The notes below the pieces were generated by a model, which did no database searches, was not told the DNA's origin, and was given only the letters and a program-made list of their open reading frames with translations. 64,000 nucleotides of DNA from Bacteroides fragilis (GTDB lineage Bacteria; Bacteroidota; Bacteroidia; Bacteroidales; DTGW01), in assembly GCA_945889005.1 (NCBI GenBank), contig CAMDBI010000017.1, positions 227 to 64,226 of the forward strand, given 5' to 3'. Shown here piece by piece: positions 1 through 8,388 of the stretch. How positions within the stretch are numbered: position 1 is the stretch's first letter; every line of letters begins with the position of its first letter. The position numbers were made by a program, and so were the translations under genes.

Positions 1-46
1 AGTGAGAATGGTATGTAATAATTAAAAAAAAGTATAAAAACATAGA

Positions 47-80
47 AGCCTTTCTCACTCAAAATGAGAAAGGCTTTTTT
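47..80 (+). terminator. Rho-independent terminator-like hairpin for a gene ending upstream of the window
   Basis: Perfect 11-bp stem AGCCTTTCTCA / TGAGAAAGGCT with a 7-nt loop, followed by TTTTTT. Confidence 0.6.
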
Positions 81-225
81 AATTCAGTGAGACCATAATT
101 TTGAGTATCAAAATTGATTAGTCGAACTGATCCCGAGCGGCTTGTGCTGAGCGGCTTGTACTGAGCGTAGCCGATGTAAGCCGAAGTAAGTCGAGGGATA
201 TTTTAAAAAATAATAATATCTAAAT

Positions 226-2046
226 ATGAATACACTTAGAAGCAACACATCGACACAAGGCCGCCGTATGGCAGGTGCCCGCAGTTTGTGGCGCGCCAAT
301 GGCATGAAAGAAGAACAAATAGGCAAACCGATAATTGCCATTGTCAATTCGTTTACACAATTTGTTCCCGGACACACTCACTTGCACCAAATTGGTCAGC
401 AAATGAAACAGTGGATAGAAGCGCAGGGTTGCTATGCTGCTGAGTTCAATACCATTGCAATCGACGATGGTATCGCCATGGGACACGATGGAATGTTGTA
501 TTCATTGCCATCGCGCGATCTAATAGCCGACAGTGTTGAATATATGTGCAATGCACATACCGTAGATGCAATGGTTTGTATTAGCAATTGCGACAAAATT
601 ACCCCAGGTATGCTCATGGCTGCTATGAGGCTCAATATTCCTGCCATATTTGTTTCGGGTGGTCCAATGGAAGCCGGCCGTGTTCGCGACAAAAAATATG
701 ACTTGGTCGATGCTATGGTATTGGCTGCCGACAGTTCGGTGTCTGATGCCGATATGGACGAGATCGAACGTAGTGCTTGTCCTACTTGTGGTTCGTGTTC
801 GGGTATGTTTACAGCAAATTCGATGAACTGCTTAAACGAAGCCATTGGTTTAGCGCTTCCAGGCAACGGAACCATAGTTGCTACTCATAAAAATCGAATC
901 AAACTTTTCGAAAAAGCTGCAAAGCTGATAGTCGAAATAACAAATAAATACTATTACGAAGGCGACGCATCAGTATTGCCCCGTTCAATTGCTACCCGCG
1001 AAGCATTCATGAATGCTATGACACTCGATATTGCCATGGGAGGTTCGACCAATACGGTTCTTCATATTTTGGCAATTGCTCACGAAGCAGGAGTTGAATT
1101 TACTATGAAAGATATCGATGCACTTTCGCGTAAAGTACCCGTTCTTTCAAAGGTTGCTCCTAGTTCGCATTATCATATCGAGGATGTCAACAGGGCAGGA
1201 GGTATTCTTGGTATTTTGGGAGAGCTCGATCGTGCAGGTCTTGTAAATACAAGCGTTAAACGTGCCGATATGCTTACATTGGGTCAAGCATTAGACAAAT
1301 ACGATATTATGCGTGTTTCTTGTACCGATGAAGCAAAAGATATATACAAAAGTGGTGCTGCCGGATTGAAAAACCTCGTAATGGGTTCGCAAGGCTATAT
1401 GTACCCAGCGTTTGACAACGATCGTGCAAATGGTTGTATTCGCGATGCAAAAGGGTGTTATTCGCCCGACGGCGGATTGGCAGTTCTTTTTGGAAATATT
1501 GCCCGCAATGGATGTGTGGTGAAAACAGCTGGGGTCGATTCATCAATATTTAAGTTTAAAGGTCCTGCACGTGTTTTCGAAAGTCAGGAAGCAGCCTGCG
1601 ATGGAATATTAAACAATATTCAATCAGGCGATGTTATTGTTATTCGTTACGAAGGTCCAAAAGGAGGTCCGGGTATGCAAGAAATGTTGTATCCGACATC
1701 ATATATCAAATCGCGCAAATTAGGTGCAGCTTGTGCATTGATAACCGATGGTCGTTTCTCGGGAGGTACTTCGGGACTATCGATCGGGCATGTTTCGCCC
1801 GAAGCAGCTGCCGGAGGTGAGATTGGACTTGTAAAAGATGGCGACATTATTGAAATAGATATACCCAATCGCTCTATCAATGTGGTGGTTCCCGATGGTG
1901 AACTCGAAAAACGCCGCAAAGATGAAGTAGCAAAAGGCAATGCAGCCTTTAAACCTTCGAACCGCACACGCAATGTTTCAAAAGCTCTTAGAGCTTATGC
2001 TAGCATGGTGTCGTCGGCCGATACAGGGGCGGTGAGAGTAATTTAA
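226..2046 (+). CDS. ilvD: Dihydroxy-acid dehydratase
   Basis: 606-aa ORF. N-terminus [23 protein letters not shown] and the Cys cluster [17 protein letters not shown] are typical of IlvD/Edd. First gene of an ilv block. Confidence 0.95.
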   Translation: MNTLRSNTSTQGRRMAGARSLWRANGMKEEQIGKPIIAIVNSFTQFVPGHTHLHQIGQQMKQWIEAQGCYAAEFNTIAIDDGIAMGHDGMLYSLPSRDLIADSVEYMCNAHTVDAMVCISNCDKITPGMLMAAMRLNIPAIFVSGGPMEAGRVRDKKYDLVDAMVLAADSSVSDADMDEIERSACPTCGSCSGMFTANSMNCLNEAIGLALPGNGTIVATHKNRIKLFEKAAKLIVEITNKYYYEGDASVLPRSIATREAFMNAMTLDIAMGGSTNTVLHILAIAHEAGVEFTMKDIDALSRKVPVLSKVAPSSHYHIEDVNRAGGILGILGELDRAGLVNTSVKRADMLTLGQALDKYDIMRVSCTDEAKDIYKSGAAGLKNLVMGSQGYMYPAFDNDRANGCIRDAKGCYSPDGGLAVLFGNIARNGCVVKTAGVDSSIFKFKGPARVFESQEAACDGILNNIQSGDVIVIRYEGPKGGPGMQEMLYPTSYIKSRKLGAACALITDGRFSGGTSGLSIGHVSPEAAAGGEIGLVKDGDIIEIDIPNRSINVVVPDGELEKRRKDEVAKGNAAFKPSNRTRNVSKALRAYASMVSSADTGAVRVI

Positions 2047-2218
2047 TTACTAATTACAAATTACTAATGACTAATGTGAAAATATGGAAATGTGAGAATG
2101 TGAAAATGATTAATAAAAAAAATCTTTTTCAACTTTTCACTTTTCACTTTCAACTATTCACTTTCAACTTTCAACTTTTTAGAATAATCAATAATCAATT
2201 GACAATAATCAATATACT
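2047..2218. repeat. Low-complexity 7-9-nt word-repeat spacer between ilvD and ilvB
   Basis: Runs of TTACTAAT/TACAAAT/GTGAAAAT words, an A8 centre, then TTTTCAC/TTTCAAC words and AATAATC/AATTGAC words. GTGAAAA and TTTTCAC are reverse complements, so an imperfect long hairpin is possible. Confidence 0.8.
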
Positions 2219-3922
2219 ATGGACATTACATCAAAACGCAAAGTTACGGGTTCAGAAGCAGTAGTTCTTTCGTTGTTAAACGAAGGGGTTGAGGTTGCAT
2301 TTGGCTATCCTGGCGGTGCAATTATGCCCGTTTACGATGCCATTTATGGCTATCGCGACAAATTTAGACATATTTTGTGTCGTCACGAGCAAGGTGCTAT
2401 TCATGCAGCACAAGGCTATGCACGTGTTACTGGGAAAGTGGGTATGTGTATTGCTACATCGGGGCCTGGTGCCACCAATTTAATTACTGGTCTGGCCGAT
2501 GCCATGATCGATTCAACCCCAATAGTAGCCATTACCGGACAAGTTTCGGCTGCTCTTCTTGGTACAGATGCTTTTCAGGAAACAGATGTGGTTGGTATCT
2601 CAATGCCTGTTACCAAATGGAATATACAGGTAACCAAAGCCGAAGATATACCTGCCGCTATTGCCAAAGCTTTTTACATTGCTGGCAGTGGTCGTCCGGG
2701 ACCTGTTTTGATCGATATTACCAAAAATGCTCAGTTTGGCGAATTAGATTTTGAATACAAGAAAGAAGATTTTATAAGAAGTTACGTGCCTAAGACCAAG
2801 ACAGTGGTTTCGAAAGTAGATGAAGCTGCTGCACTAATTAATGCTGCAAAGAAACCATATATAATATTTGGTCAAGGAGTAATACTGGGTAATGCCGAAG
2901 CCGAATTTAGAGCTTTTGTCGATAAATCGGGTATTCCAACTGCTTGGACCATTATGGGAGCTGCGGCTCTTCCAAAAGATCATCCACAAAATGTTGGTAT
3001 GCTTGGTATGCATGGCAATTATGGCCCCAATGTTAAAACAAACGAGTGCGACCTCCTTATTGCAATTGGTATGCGTTTCGACGACCGTGTAACCGGCGAC
3101 CTTAAACGATATGCTACTCAGGCAAAGGTTATTCACATGGAAATTGACCCTGCAGAGATCAACAAAAATATTCATGCCGATGTGGCAGTGTTGGGCGATG
3201 TTAAAGAATCGTTGCCAATGTTGACTGCAAAAATCGAAAAACGCGAATATAAAGCATGGTTACAGGAATTTGCCGATTGCCACAAGATTGAGTTCGAAAA
3301 AGTTATAGACAAAGATCTTCATCCTACAAAACCCGGTATGACTATGGGCGAAGTAATGAATCTTATTAATGAAAAAACAGGTGGCGATGCCATTTTGGTT
3401 ACCGATGTAGGTCAACACCAAATGTTTGCTGCACGTTATTTTAAATATAAAAATACCCGTAGCTTTGTAACTTCAGGTGGACTTGGAACAATGGGCTTTG
3501 GCTTACCTGCTGCTTTTGGTGCTAAAATTGGAGCTCCCAACAAACAGGTTATTCTTATTGTTGGCGATGGAGGTATACAAATGACTTTACAGGAATTTGC
3601 TACCATTCATCAAGAAAATGCTGCTGTTAAGGTTGTATTGCTCAACAATAAATTCCTTGGAATGGTTCGCCAATGGCAGCAATTGTTTTTCGACAAACGC
3701 TATTCGAGCACCGAATTGGTTAACCCCGATTTTATGAAATTGGCAGAAGCCTTTTATATAAATGGCAAAAAAGTCGATGAACGCAAAGATTTATCGGGTT
3801 CGATCGACGAAATGTTAAAATCCGAAAAAGCATTCTTGCTCGAAGTAAGTATTGAAAAAGAAGACAATGTATTCCCAATGGTTCCTACCGGAGCTTCGGT
3901 ATCAGATATTTTACTAGGATAA
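2219..3922 (+). CDS. ilvB: Acetolactate synthase (acetohydroxyacid synthase) large subunit
   Basis: 567-aa ORF of the TPP-enzyme family: GYPGGAIMPVYDA near the N-terminus and the ThDP-binding motif IVGDGGIQMT...LLNNKFLGMVRQWQ. Operon context supports the call. Confidence 0.93.
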   Translation: MDITSKRKVTGSEAVVLSLLNEGVEVAFGYPGGAIMPVYDAIYGYRDKFRHILCRHEQGAIHAAQGYARVTGKVGMCIATSGPGATNLITGLADAMIDSTPIVAITGQVSAALLGTDAFQETDVVGISMPVTKWNIQVTKAEDIPAAIAKAFYIAGSGRPGPVLIDITKNAQFGELDFEYKKEDFIRSYVPKTKTVVSKVDEAAALINAAKKPYIIFGQGVILGNAEAEFRAFVDKSGIPTAWTIMGAAALPKDHPQNVGMLGMHGNYGPNVKTNECDLLIAIGMRFDDRVTGDLKRYATQAKVIHMEIDPAEINKNIHADVAVLGDVKESLPMLTAKIEKREYKAWLQEFADCHKIEFEKVIDKDLHPTKPGMTMGEVMNLINEKTGGDAILVTDVGQHQMFAARYFKYKNTRSFVTSGGLGTMGFGLPAAFGAKIGAPNKQVILIVGDGGIQMTLQEFATIHQENAAVKVVLLNNKFLGMVRQWQQLFFDKRYSSTELVNPDFMKLAEAFYINGKKVDERKDLSGSIDEMLKSEKAFLLEVSIEKEDNVFPMVPTGASVSDILLG

Positions 3923-4062
3923 TTTTTTATTTAGTCTAAAATCTAAAATCTTTTGTCTATTATCTTTTAGTCTTTAGTCTAAAATCTATTAATCTTACAT
4001 CTAATATCTATTATCTTTTGTCTTTTTTAATTTAAATTATTAATTTTAACGCCCAAATTACA
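3923..4062. repeat. Low-complexity word-repeat spacer between ilvB and ilvN
   Basis: Degenerate tandem 7-8-mers all ending in TC (TAGTCTAAAATC TAAAATC TTTTGTC TATTATC TTTTAGTC ...). G occurs almost only as GTC. Confidence 0.8.
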
Positions 4063-4599
4063 ATGATAGAGGAATTTACTATAACGGCTTTTTCTGAGAA
4101 CCATATCGGTTTACTCAATCGTATCACGATAATATTTACACGCAGACATGTAAATATCGAGAGCCTTACCGTATGCGAATCGGCCATCAAAGGAATCAGC
4201 AAATTTACTATTGTGGTAAATGAAACCCGCGAGAAGGTCGAGAAAATCTGCGGTCAGATCGAAAAACTTACGGAAGTCCTAAAATGTTATTTTTTCACAG
4301 AAAGTGAAATTATTCATCAGGAAATAGCTTTGTATAAAGTGCCTACAACTGCACTTTTAGAAGGCAATATGGTCGAGAGTATTGTGCGTAAGCACAATGC
4401 ACGTATCATGGAGGTTACACCCGAGTATACCGTAATTGAAAAAACCGGGCATAAAGATGAAACACAGGAACTTTTTGAAGAACTTAACAAGTATGGTGTT
4501 AAACAATTTACCCGTTCGGGACGTATCGCGGTTAATCGATTAAATATCGAACCCCTTACAACCTATTTGTCTGAAATAGAAGAATTAAGAAAAAAATAA
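4063..4599 (+). CDS. ilvN: Acetolactate synthase small (regulatory, ACT-domain) subunit
   Basis: 178-aa ORF. ACT-domain start TITAFSENHIGLLNRITIIFTRRHVNIESLTV. Lies between ilvB and ilvC. Confidence 0.88.
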   Translation: MIEEFTITAFSENHIGLLNRITIIFTRRHVNIESLTVCESAIKGISKFTIVVNETREKVEKICGQIEKLTEVLKCYFFTESEIIHQEIALYKVPTTALLEGNMVESIVRKHNARIMEVTPEYTVIEKTGHKDETQELFEELNKYGVKQFTRSGRIAVNRLNIEPLTTYLSEIEELRKK

Positions 4600-4623
4600 A
4601 TTTTCAATATAAATAATAAAAAA

Positions 4624-6099
4624 ATGGCTAATTATTTTAATTCAATTCCTTTGCGAGTACAACTCGAACAATTAGGAAAATGCGACTTTATGGACGAATC
4701 GGAATTTGCCGATGGCGTTAACTATCTTAAAGGTAAAAAAATTGTAGTACTTGGTTGTGGTGCACAAGGTTTGGCTCAAGGTTTAAACATGCGCGATAGT
4801 GGTTTAGATATTTCTTACGCTTTACGCGAAGTTGAGATTAACGAAAAACACGTATCGTACGTAAATGCTACCGACAACAAATTTAAAGTTGGAACTTTCA
4901 GCGAATTGATTCCTACTGCCGACTTAGTATTGAACCTTACACCCGATAAATATCACACAAGCGTTGTAAATGCTGCTATGCCTTTGATGAAAAAAGGCGC
5001 ATGTTTATCGTATTCTCACGGTTTCAACATCGTAGAAGAAGGAATTGAAATTCGTAAAGACCTTACAGTTATTATGGTGGCTCCTAAGTCTCCAGCATCT
5101 GAAGTTCGTGCCGAATTTCTCCGCGGGTTTGGTGTTCCAACCCTTATTGCTGTTCACCGCGAAAACGACCCAAATGGCGATGGTCTTAAAATTGCAAAAG
5201 CATACTGTGCCGGAACAGGTGGTCACAAAGCCGGTGTATTGCACTCGTCGTTTGTTGCCGAAGTAAAATCGGATCTTATGGGCGAGCAAACCATTCTTTG
5301 TGGTGTGCTTCAAACAGGTTCAATCCTTTGCTTCAACAAAATGATCGAAAAAGGAATTGACGCCGGTTATGCTTCTAAATTGGTTCAATACGGTTGGGAA
5401 ACCATTACCGAATCGTTAAAATTAGGTGGTATTACCCACATGATGGATCGTTTAGACAATCCTTCAAAAGTTAAAGCATTCAACCTAGCCGAAGAATTAA
5501 AATCAATCATGCGCCCATTGTTCGAAAAACACATGGACGATATCATGTCGGGTTATTTCTCGAGCACTATGATGCAAGACTGGGCAGCCGGCGACAAGAA
5601 CCTTTTGGCTTGGCGTGCTGCTACAGGCGAAACTGCTTTCGAAAAAACTTCTGCCGGAAGCATGGATATTAAAGAACAAGAATACTACGACAATGCATTG
5701 TTGATGGTAGCTTTCGTTAAAGCTGGTGTTGAACTAGCATTCGATGTGATGGTCGAAACCGGTATTAAACCCGAATCGGCTTACTACGAATCGTTACACG
5801 AAACCCCTCTTATAGCAAACACCATTGCACGTAAGAAATTGTTCGAAATGAACCGTGTTATTTCCGATACAGCCGAATACGGTTGCTATTTGTTCGACCA
5901 TGCTTGCAAACCATTGTTGGCCGACTTTATGAAGAAAATCGATACCAACGTAATTGGAAAACCATTCAACGCAAGTAAAGACAATCATGTCGACAACATG
6001 GAGCTTATCAAAGTAAACGATGCCATTCGCAATACCGAAGTAGAATACATCGGAGCCGAATTGCGCGAAGCAATGGAAAGCATGAAACCGATTATGTAA
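4624..6099 (+). CDS. ilvC: Ketol-acid reductoisomerase, long (class II) form
   Basis: 491 aa. Colinear with the enterobacterial long-form enzyme from the first residues (MANYFN...LGKC.FM...[29 protein letters not shown]...[12 protein letters not shown]). Confidence 0.95.
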   Translation: MANYFNSIPLRVQLEQLGKCDFMDESEFADGVNYLKGKKIVVLGCGAQGLAQGLNMRDSGLDISYALREVEINEKHVSYVNATDNKFKVGTFSELIPTADLVLNLTPDKYHTSVVNAAMPLMKKGACLSYSHGFNIVEEGIEIRKDLTVIMVAPKSPASEVRAEFLRGFGVPTLIAVHRENDPNGDGLKIAKAYCAGTGGHKAGVLHSSFVAEVKSDLMGEQTILCGVLQTGSILCFNKMIEKGIDAGYASKLVQYGWETITESLKLGGITHMMDRLDNPSKVKAFNLAEELKSIMRPLFEKHMDDIMSGYFSSTMMQDWAAGDKNLLAWRAATGETAFEKTSAGSMDIKEQEYYDNALLMVAFVKAGVELAFDVMVETGIKPESAYYESLHETPLIANTIARKKLFEMNRVISDTAEYGCYLFDHACKPLLADFMKKIDTNVIGKPFNASKDNHVDNMELIKVNDAIRNTEVEYIGAELREAMESMKPIM

Positions 6100-6123
6100 G
6101 TAATTGCATTTGAATATAAAGAA

Positions 6124-6152
6124 AGCCACTCAAGAAATTGGGTGGCTTTTTT
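6124..6152 (+). terminator. ilv operon terminator hairpin
   Basis: AGCCACTC / GGGTGGCT stem followed by TTTTTT, 25 nt after the ilvC stop. Duplicated at 9065-9094. Confidence 0.65.
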
Positions 6153-6184
6153 GTTTTAAGTCGAATAAAATTTAACTTTGTTGT

Positions 6185-6427
6185 ATGATAAACTGGAAAG
6201 ATCATATTATTTCAAATAAAAGCATATTGCTTGGTAAGCCTACAATAAAAGGAACTCGATTATCTGTAGAGCATATAGTTAATTTACTTGCACAGGGTTG
6301 GTCTGAACAACAAATTCTTGAAAATTACCCAACATTATCCAAAAATGATTTATTTGCAGTCTTTGCTTATGTTAGTGATTGTATGCAAGATGGATTATTG
6401 TTCGAACTTCCACAAACTGCTAAATGA
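6185..6427 (+). CDS. DUF433-type antitoxin-like protein
   Basis: 80 aa. ILLGKPTIKGTRLSVEHIVNLLAQGWSEQQILENYPTLSKNDL matches the DUF433 pattern. ATGA overlap with the next ORF. Confidence 0.75.
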   Translation: MINWKDHIISNKSILLGKPTIKGTRLSVEHIVNLLAQGWSEQQILENYPTLSKNDLFAVFAYVSDCMQDGLLFELPQTAK

Positions 6428-6777
6428 GATTTCTAGCAAATGAAAACATACCTTATGCAAGTGTTAAGTATTTGCTGTCAATTGGTGTAGATGTTTTATG
6501 GATAGGCGATAATTTTTCGGGCATTTCAGATGATGAGGTTATGAATATTGCCATACAACAAAATCGTACTATTATTACATTTGATAGAGACTATAGCGAA
6601 TTGATTTTTCGATATGTATATAAACCTCAAAAAGGAGTTATTTATTTAAGGTTCAAAGAATATGTACCTGTTTTTCCAGGGCAATTAATTGAAAGTCTTT
6701 TAAAAAATAATGATTTGAATTTCGAAAAAAGACTTACTGTTATTGATGAACATGGAATTAGACAAAGAAAATATTAA
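6424..6777 (+). CDS. DUF5615-type PIN-like toxin candidate
   Basis: 117 aa. MRFLANENIP...DDEVMNIAIQQNRTIITFDRDY is the pattern of DUF5615 proteins that pair with DUF433. 4-nt start/stop overlap. Confidence 0.7.
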   Translation: MRFLANENIPYASVKYLLSIGVDVLWIGDNFSGISDDEVMNIAIQQNRTIITFDRDYSELIFRYVYKPQKGVIYLRFKEYVPVFPGQLIESLLKNNDLNFEKRLTVIDEHGIRQRKY

Positions 6778-6782
6778 AGCTT

Positions 6783-6935
6783 ATGCACTGGCAACCTCCC
6801 AAAGAAACAGATCAACCAATCGAAGAAAAAATAGTATGCGAGAAGTGTGGTAATGATACTTTTAGAGTATATTGCCGAATAATTATTGACGATGCTCGCC
6901 TATTCTGTGCCAAATGTGGCGATCATACTTTGTAA
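6783..6935 (+). CDS. 50-aa zinc-ribbon mini-protein (copy 1), below the ORF-track length cutoff
   Basis: Hand translation: MHWQPPKETDQPIEEKIVCEKCGNDTFRVYCRIIIDDARLFCAKCGDHTL. Two CxxC pairs. An intact second copy lies at 9383-9535. Confidence 0.5.
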   Translation: MHWQPPKETDQPIEEKIVCEKCGNDTFRVYCRIIIDDARLFCAKCGDHTL

Positions 6936-6957
6936 TGGTCAACTATTTGTTTGAATA

Positions 6958-7015
6958 ATGATTGAAGATCAAACCAATACCAACAAAAAACTTTTTAAAC
7001 TAAGTCTATATCTTC
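6958..7015 (+). pseudogene. Truncated 5' fragment of the rhomboid gene (duplicate of 9558-9615)
   Basis: The first 19 codons, MIEDQTNTNKKLFKLSLYL, are near-identical to the start of the intact gene. Homology stops at 7015/7016 and the frame ends in TAG a few codons later. Confidence 0.85.
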
Positions 7016-7127
7016 TCTCCCGTTTGGCGTAGCGTCACGCTACGTCGCATCATTCATGGCATCTTAAAATGCTGGAGCCATTACAAAACCAAGCTTAGCG
7101 AGACGCTACACTTAACAATCAATTACT

Positions 7128-7158
7128 TTTGTTATCCTATTCAAAAACACTATTTTTG
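7128..7158 (+). promoter_or_regulatory. Bacteroidota-type promoter (-33 TTTG, -7 TAnnTTTG) for the PD-(D/E)XK gene
   Basis: TTTG at 7128-7131, 19-nt spacer, TATTTTTG at 7151-7158. ATG 18 nt downstream. Confidence 0.55.
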
Positions 7159-7175
7159 TAACAGAAAAAATAGAA

Positions 7176-7781
7176 ATGAAAACTCAAGCATTAAATATTC
7201 CCGATAGTAGTGGTCTAACTTTCGAAAAAGTATGGTTAATGTTTCAGGAAACCAAACAAATGTTTGAGGAAACAGATAAAAAGTTTCAGGAAAACGAAAA
7301 AAAACTTACTGAAAAGTTTACGGATACAGACCAAAAGATTAAGAAACTTTCGGAACTCTATGGAGGCGTGTCGAACAACAGCAAAGATGTAGCCGAGGAG
7401 TTCTTTTACCGTGGATTGGAAAATCGCAAAGAGCTTTTTGGTATTGAATACGAGCATATCGACACCATGAGTCGCCACAGGGGCAACCTTCAAGGGCAGT
7501 ACGATATAGTACTTTACAATGGAGACAAACTCATTGTTGTTGAGGTAAAATACAAACTTCATCCCAAAGATGTCGACGATTTTTTCAACCGCAAGTTACC
7601 TACTTTTCGCAAGCTATATCCCGAATACAACCATCGCAAAGTAATTGGAGCAGTGGCTGCATTGGCCATTCCAACCGAAAGTATCGAAAAAGCCTTATCT
7701 TATGGCTTTTTGGTACTCACCCAATCGGGCAACGATTTGTCGGTTATCAATCAAAGCGATTTTCAGTTACAGGAATATTAA
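7176..7781 (+). CDS. Coiled-coil plus PD-(D/E)XK nuclease-fold protein (resembles the DUF3782-type family), intact copy
   Basis: 201 aa. N-terminal heptad-like FQETKQMFEETDKKFQENEKKL. C-terminal YDIVLYNGDKLIVVEVKYKL supplies the D...(D/E)xK motif. Confidence 0.6.
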   Translation: MKTQALNIPDSSGLTFEKVWLMFQETKQMFEETDKKFQENEKKLTEKFTDTDQKIKKLSELYGGVSNNSKDVAEEFFYRGLENRKELFGIEYEHIDTMSRHRGNLQGQYDIVLYNGDKLIVVEVKYKLHPKDVDDFFNRKLPTFRKLYPEYNHRKVIGAVAALAIPTESIEKALSYGFLVLTQSGNDLSVINQSDFQLQEY

Positions 7782-7853
7782 ATTCCTCGTTAGGGGCAGT
7801 GATATTCATTTTAAAATATTCAACTTTAAAAAAAAATAGCCTAATTTTGCAGT

Positions 7854-8036
7854 ATGAGAACTGAATTTGGAAAATATTTACTTGATGTGTCAAAACTGGT
7901 GCTTGGTGGTGCTGTTTTGTCTACAATTCTTGAAATGAAAGGCATTGAAAAAATTGCAGTGCTTATATTTGGTACAGCATCTTCAATTGTTTTTCTCTTA
8001 ATAGGTTTGTATATATTAAAATCTAAAAATAAATAG
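7854..8036 (+). CDS. Small predicted membrane protein (60 aa)
   Basis: Two hydrophobic stretches (LVLGGAVLSTIL and IAVLIFGTASSIVFLLIGLYIL). TAATTTTG motif 8 nt upstream of the ATG. Confidence 0.4.
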   Translation: MRTEFGKYLLDVSKLVLGGAVLSTILEMKGIEKIAVLIFGTASSIVFLLIGLYILKSKNK

Positions 8037-8038
8037 TT

Positions 8039-8143
8039 ATGGAAGCTGTATTTTTATTCGGTTTTTTGCTAATTGTTGGACTTATCTTAGGGGTTTTTGT
8101 TATATCTCCAAAAGGTAAAAAATGGCTTAATACGCTTGATTAA
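8039..8143 (+). CDS. 34-aa single-pass membrane mini-ORF, below the ORF-track cutoff
   Basis: Hand translation MEAVFLFGFLLIVGLILGVFVISPKGKKWLNTLD. Starts 2 nt after the previous stop. Confidence 0.3.
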   Translation: MEAVFLFGFLLIVGLILGVFVISPKGKKWLNTLD

Positions 8144-8338
8144 TATAATTTGCCCAACAAGTGAGCTTTTGTAATGCGAGCCTCGTTCAGAGTAGCGTCC
8201 CGCTATGCCGCATCATTCGAGGCAACTTGCCGATGCTTGTTTTTTACAAAAATGCCTGAGGCATTTCATATCCAAGCGTAGCGAGACACTAGTCCTAACT
8301 CTGTTCATGTTTGCACCTTTGCCAATCAGTCAATTACT

Positions 8339-8370
8339 TTTGTTTTCATATTCAAAAAGCACTATTTTTG
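8339..8370 (+). promoter_or_regulatory. Duplicate Bacteroidota-type promoter for the second PD-(D/E)XK copy
   Basis: TTTG at 8339-8342, 20-nt spacer, TATTTTTG at 8363-8370. Homologous to 7128-7158. Confidence 0.5.
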
Positions 8371-8388
8371 CAACAGAATATAATTAAA

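Noticed and set aside
108-486. Minus-strand ORFs at 108-377 and 220-486, and a possible ilv leader-peptide attenuator upstream of ilvD
   Set aside because: The ORFs are antisense to ilvD or span the REP-like motif. I found no short upstream ORF rich in Ile/Val/Leu codons and no alternative-hairpin arrangement.
2067-2264. 65-aa ORF with FQLFTFHFQLFTFNFQLF repeats
   Set aside because: It is simply the translation of the low-complexity word-repeat spacer and runs into the ilvB start. It has no coding signature.
2047-4062. Possibility that the tandem word repeats are CRISPR arrays
   Set aside because: The units are 7-9 nt, degenerate and contiguous, with no unique spacers of 25-40 nt. No cas genes are present.
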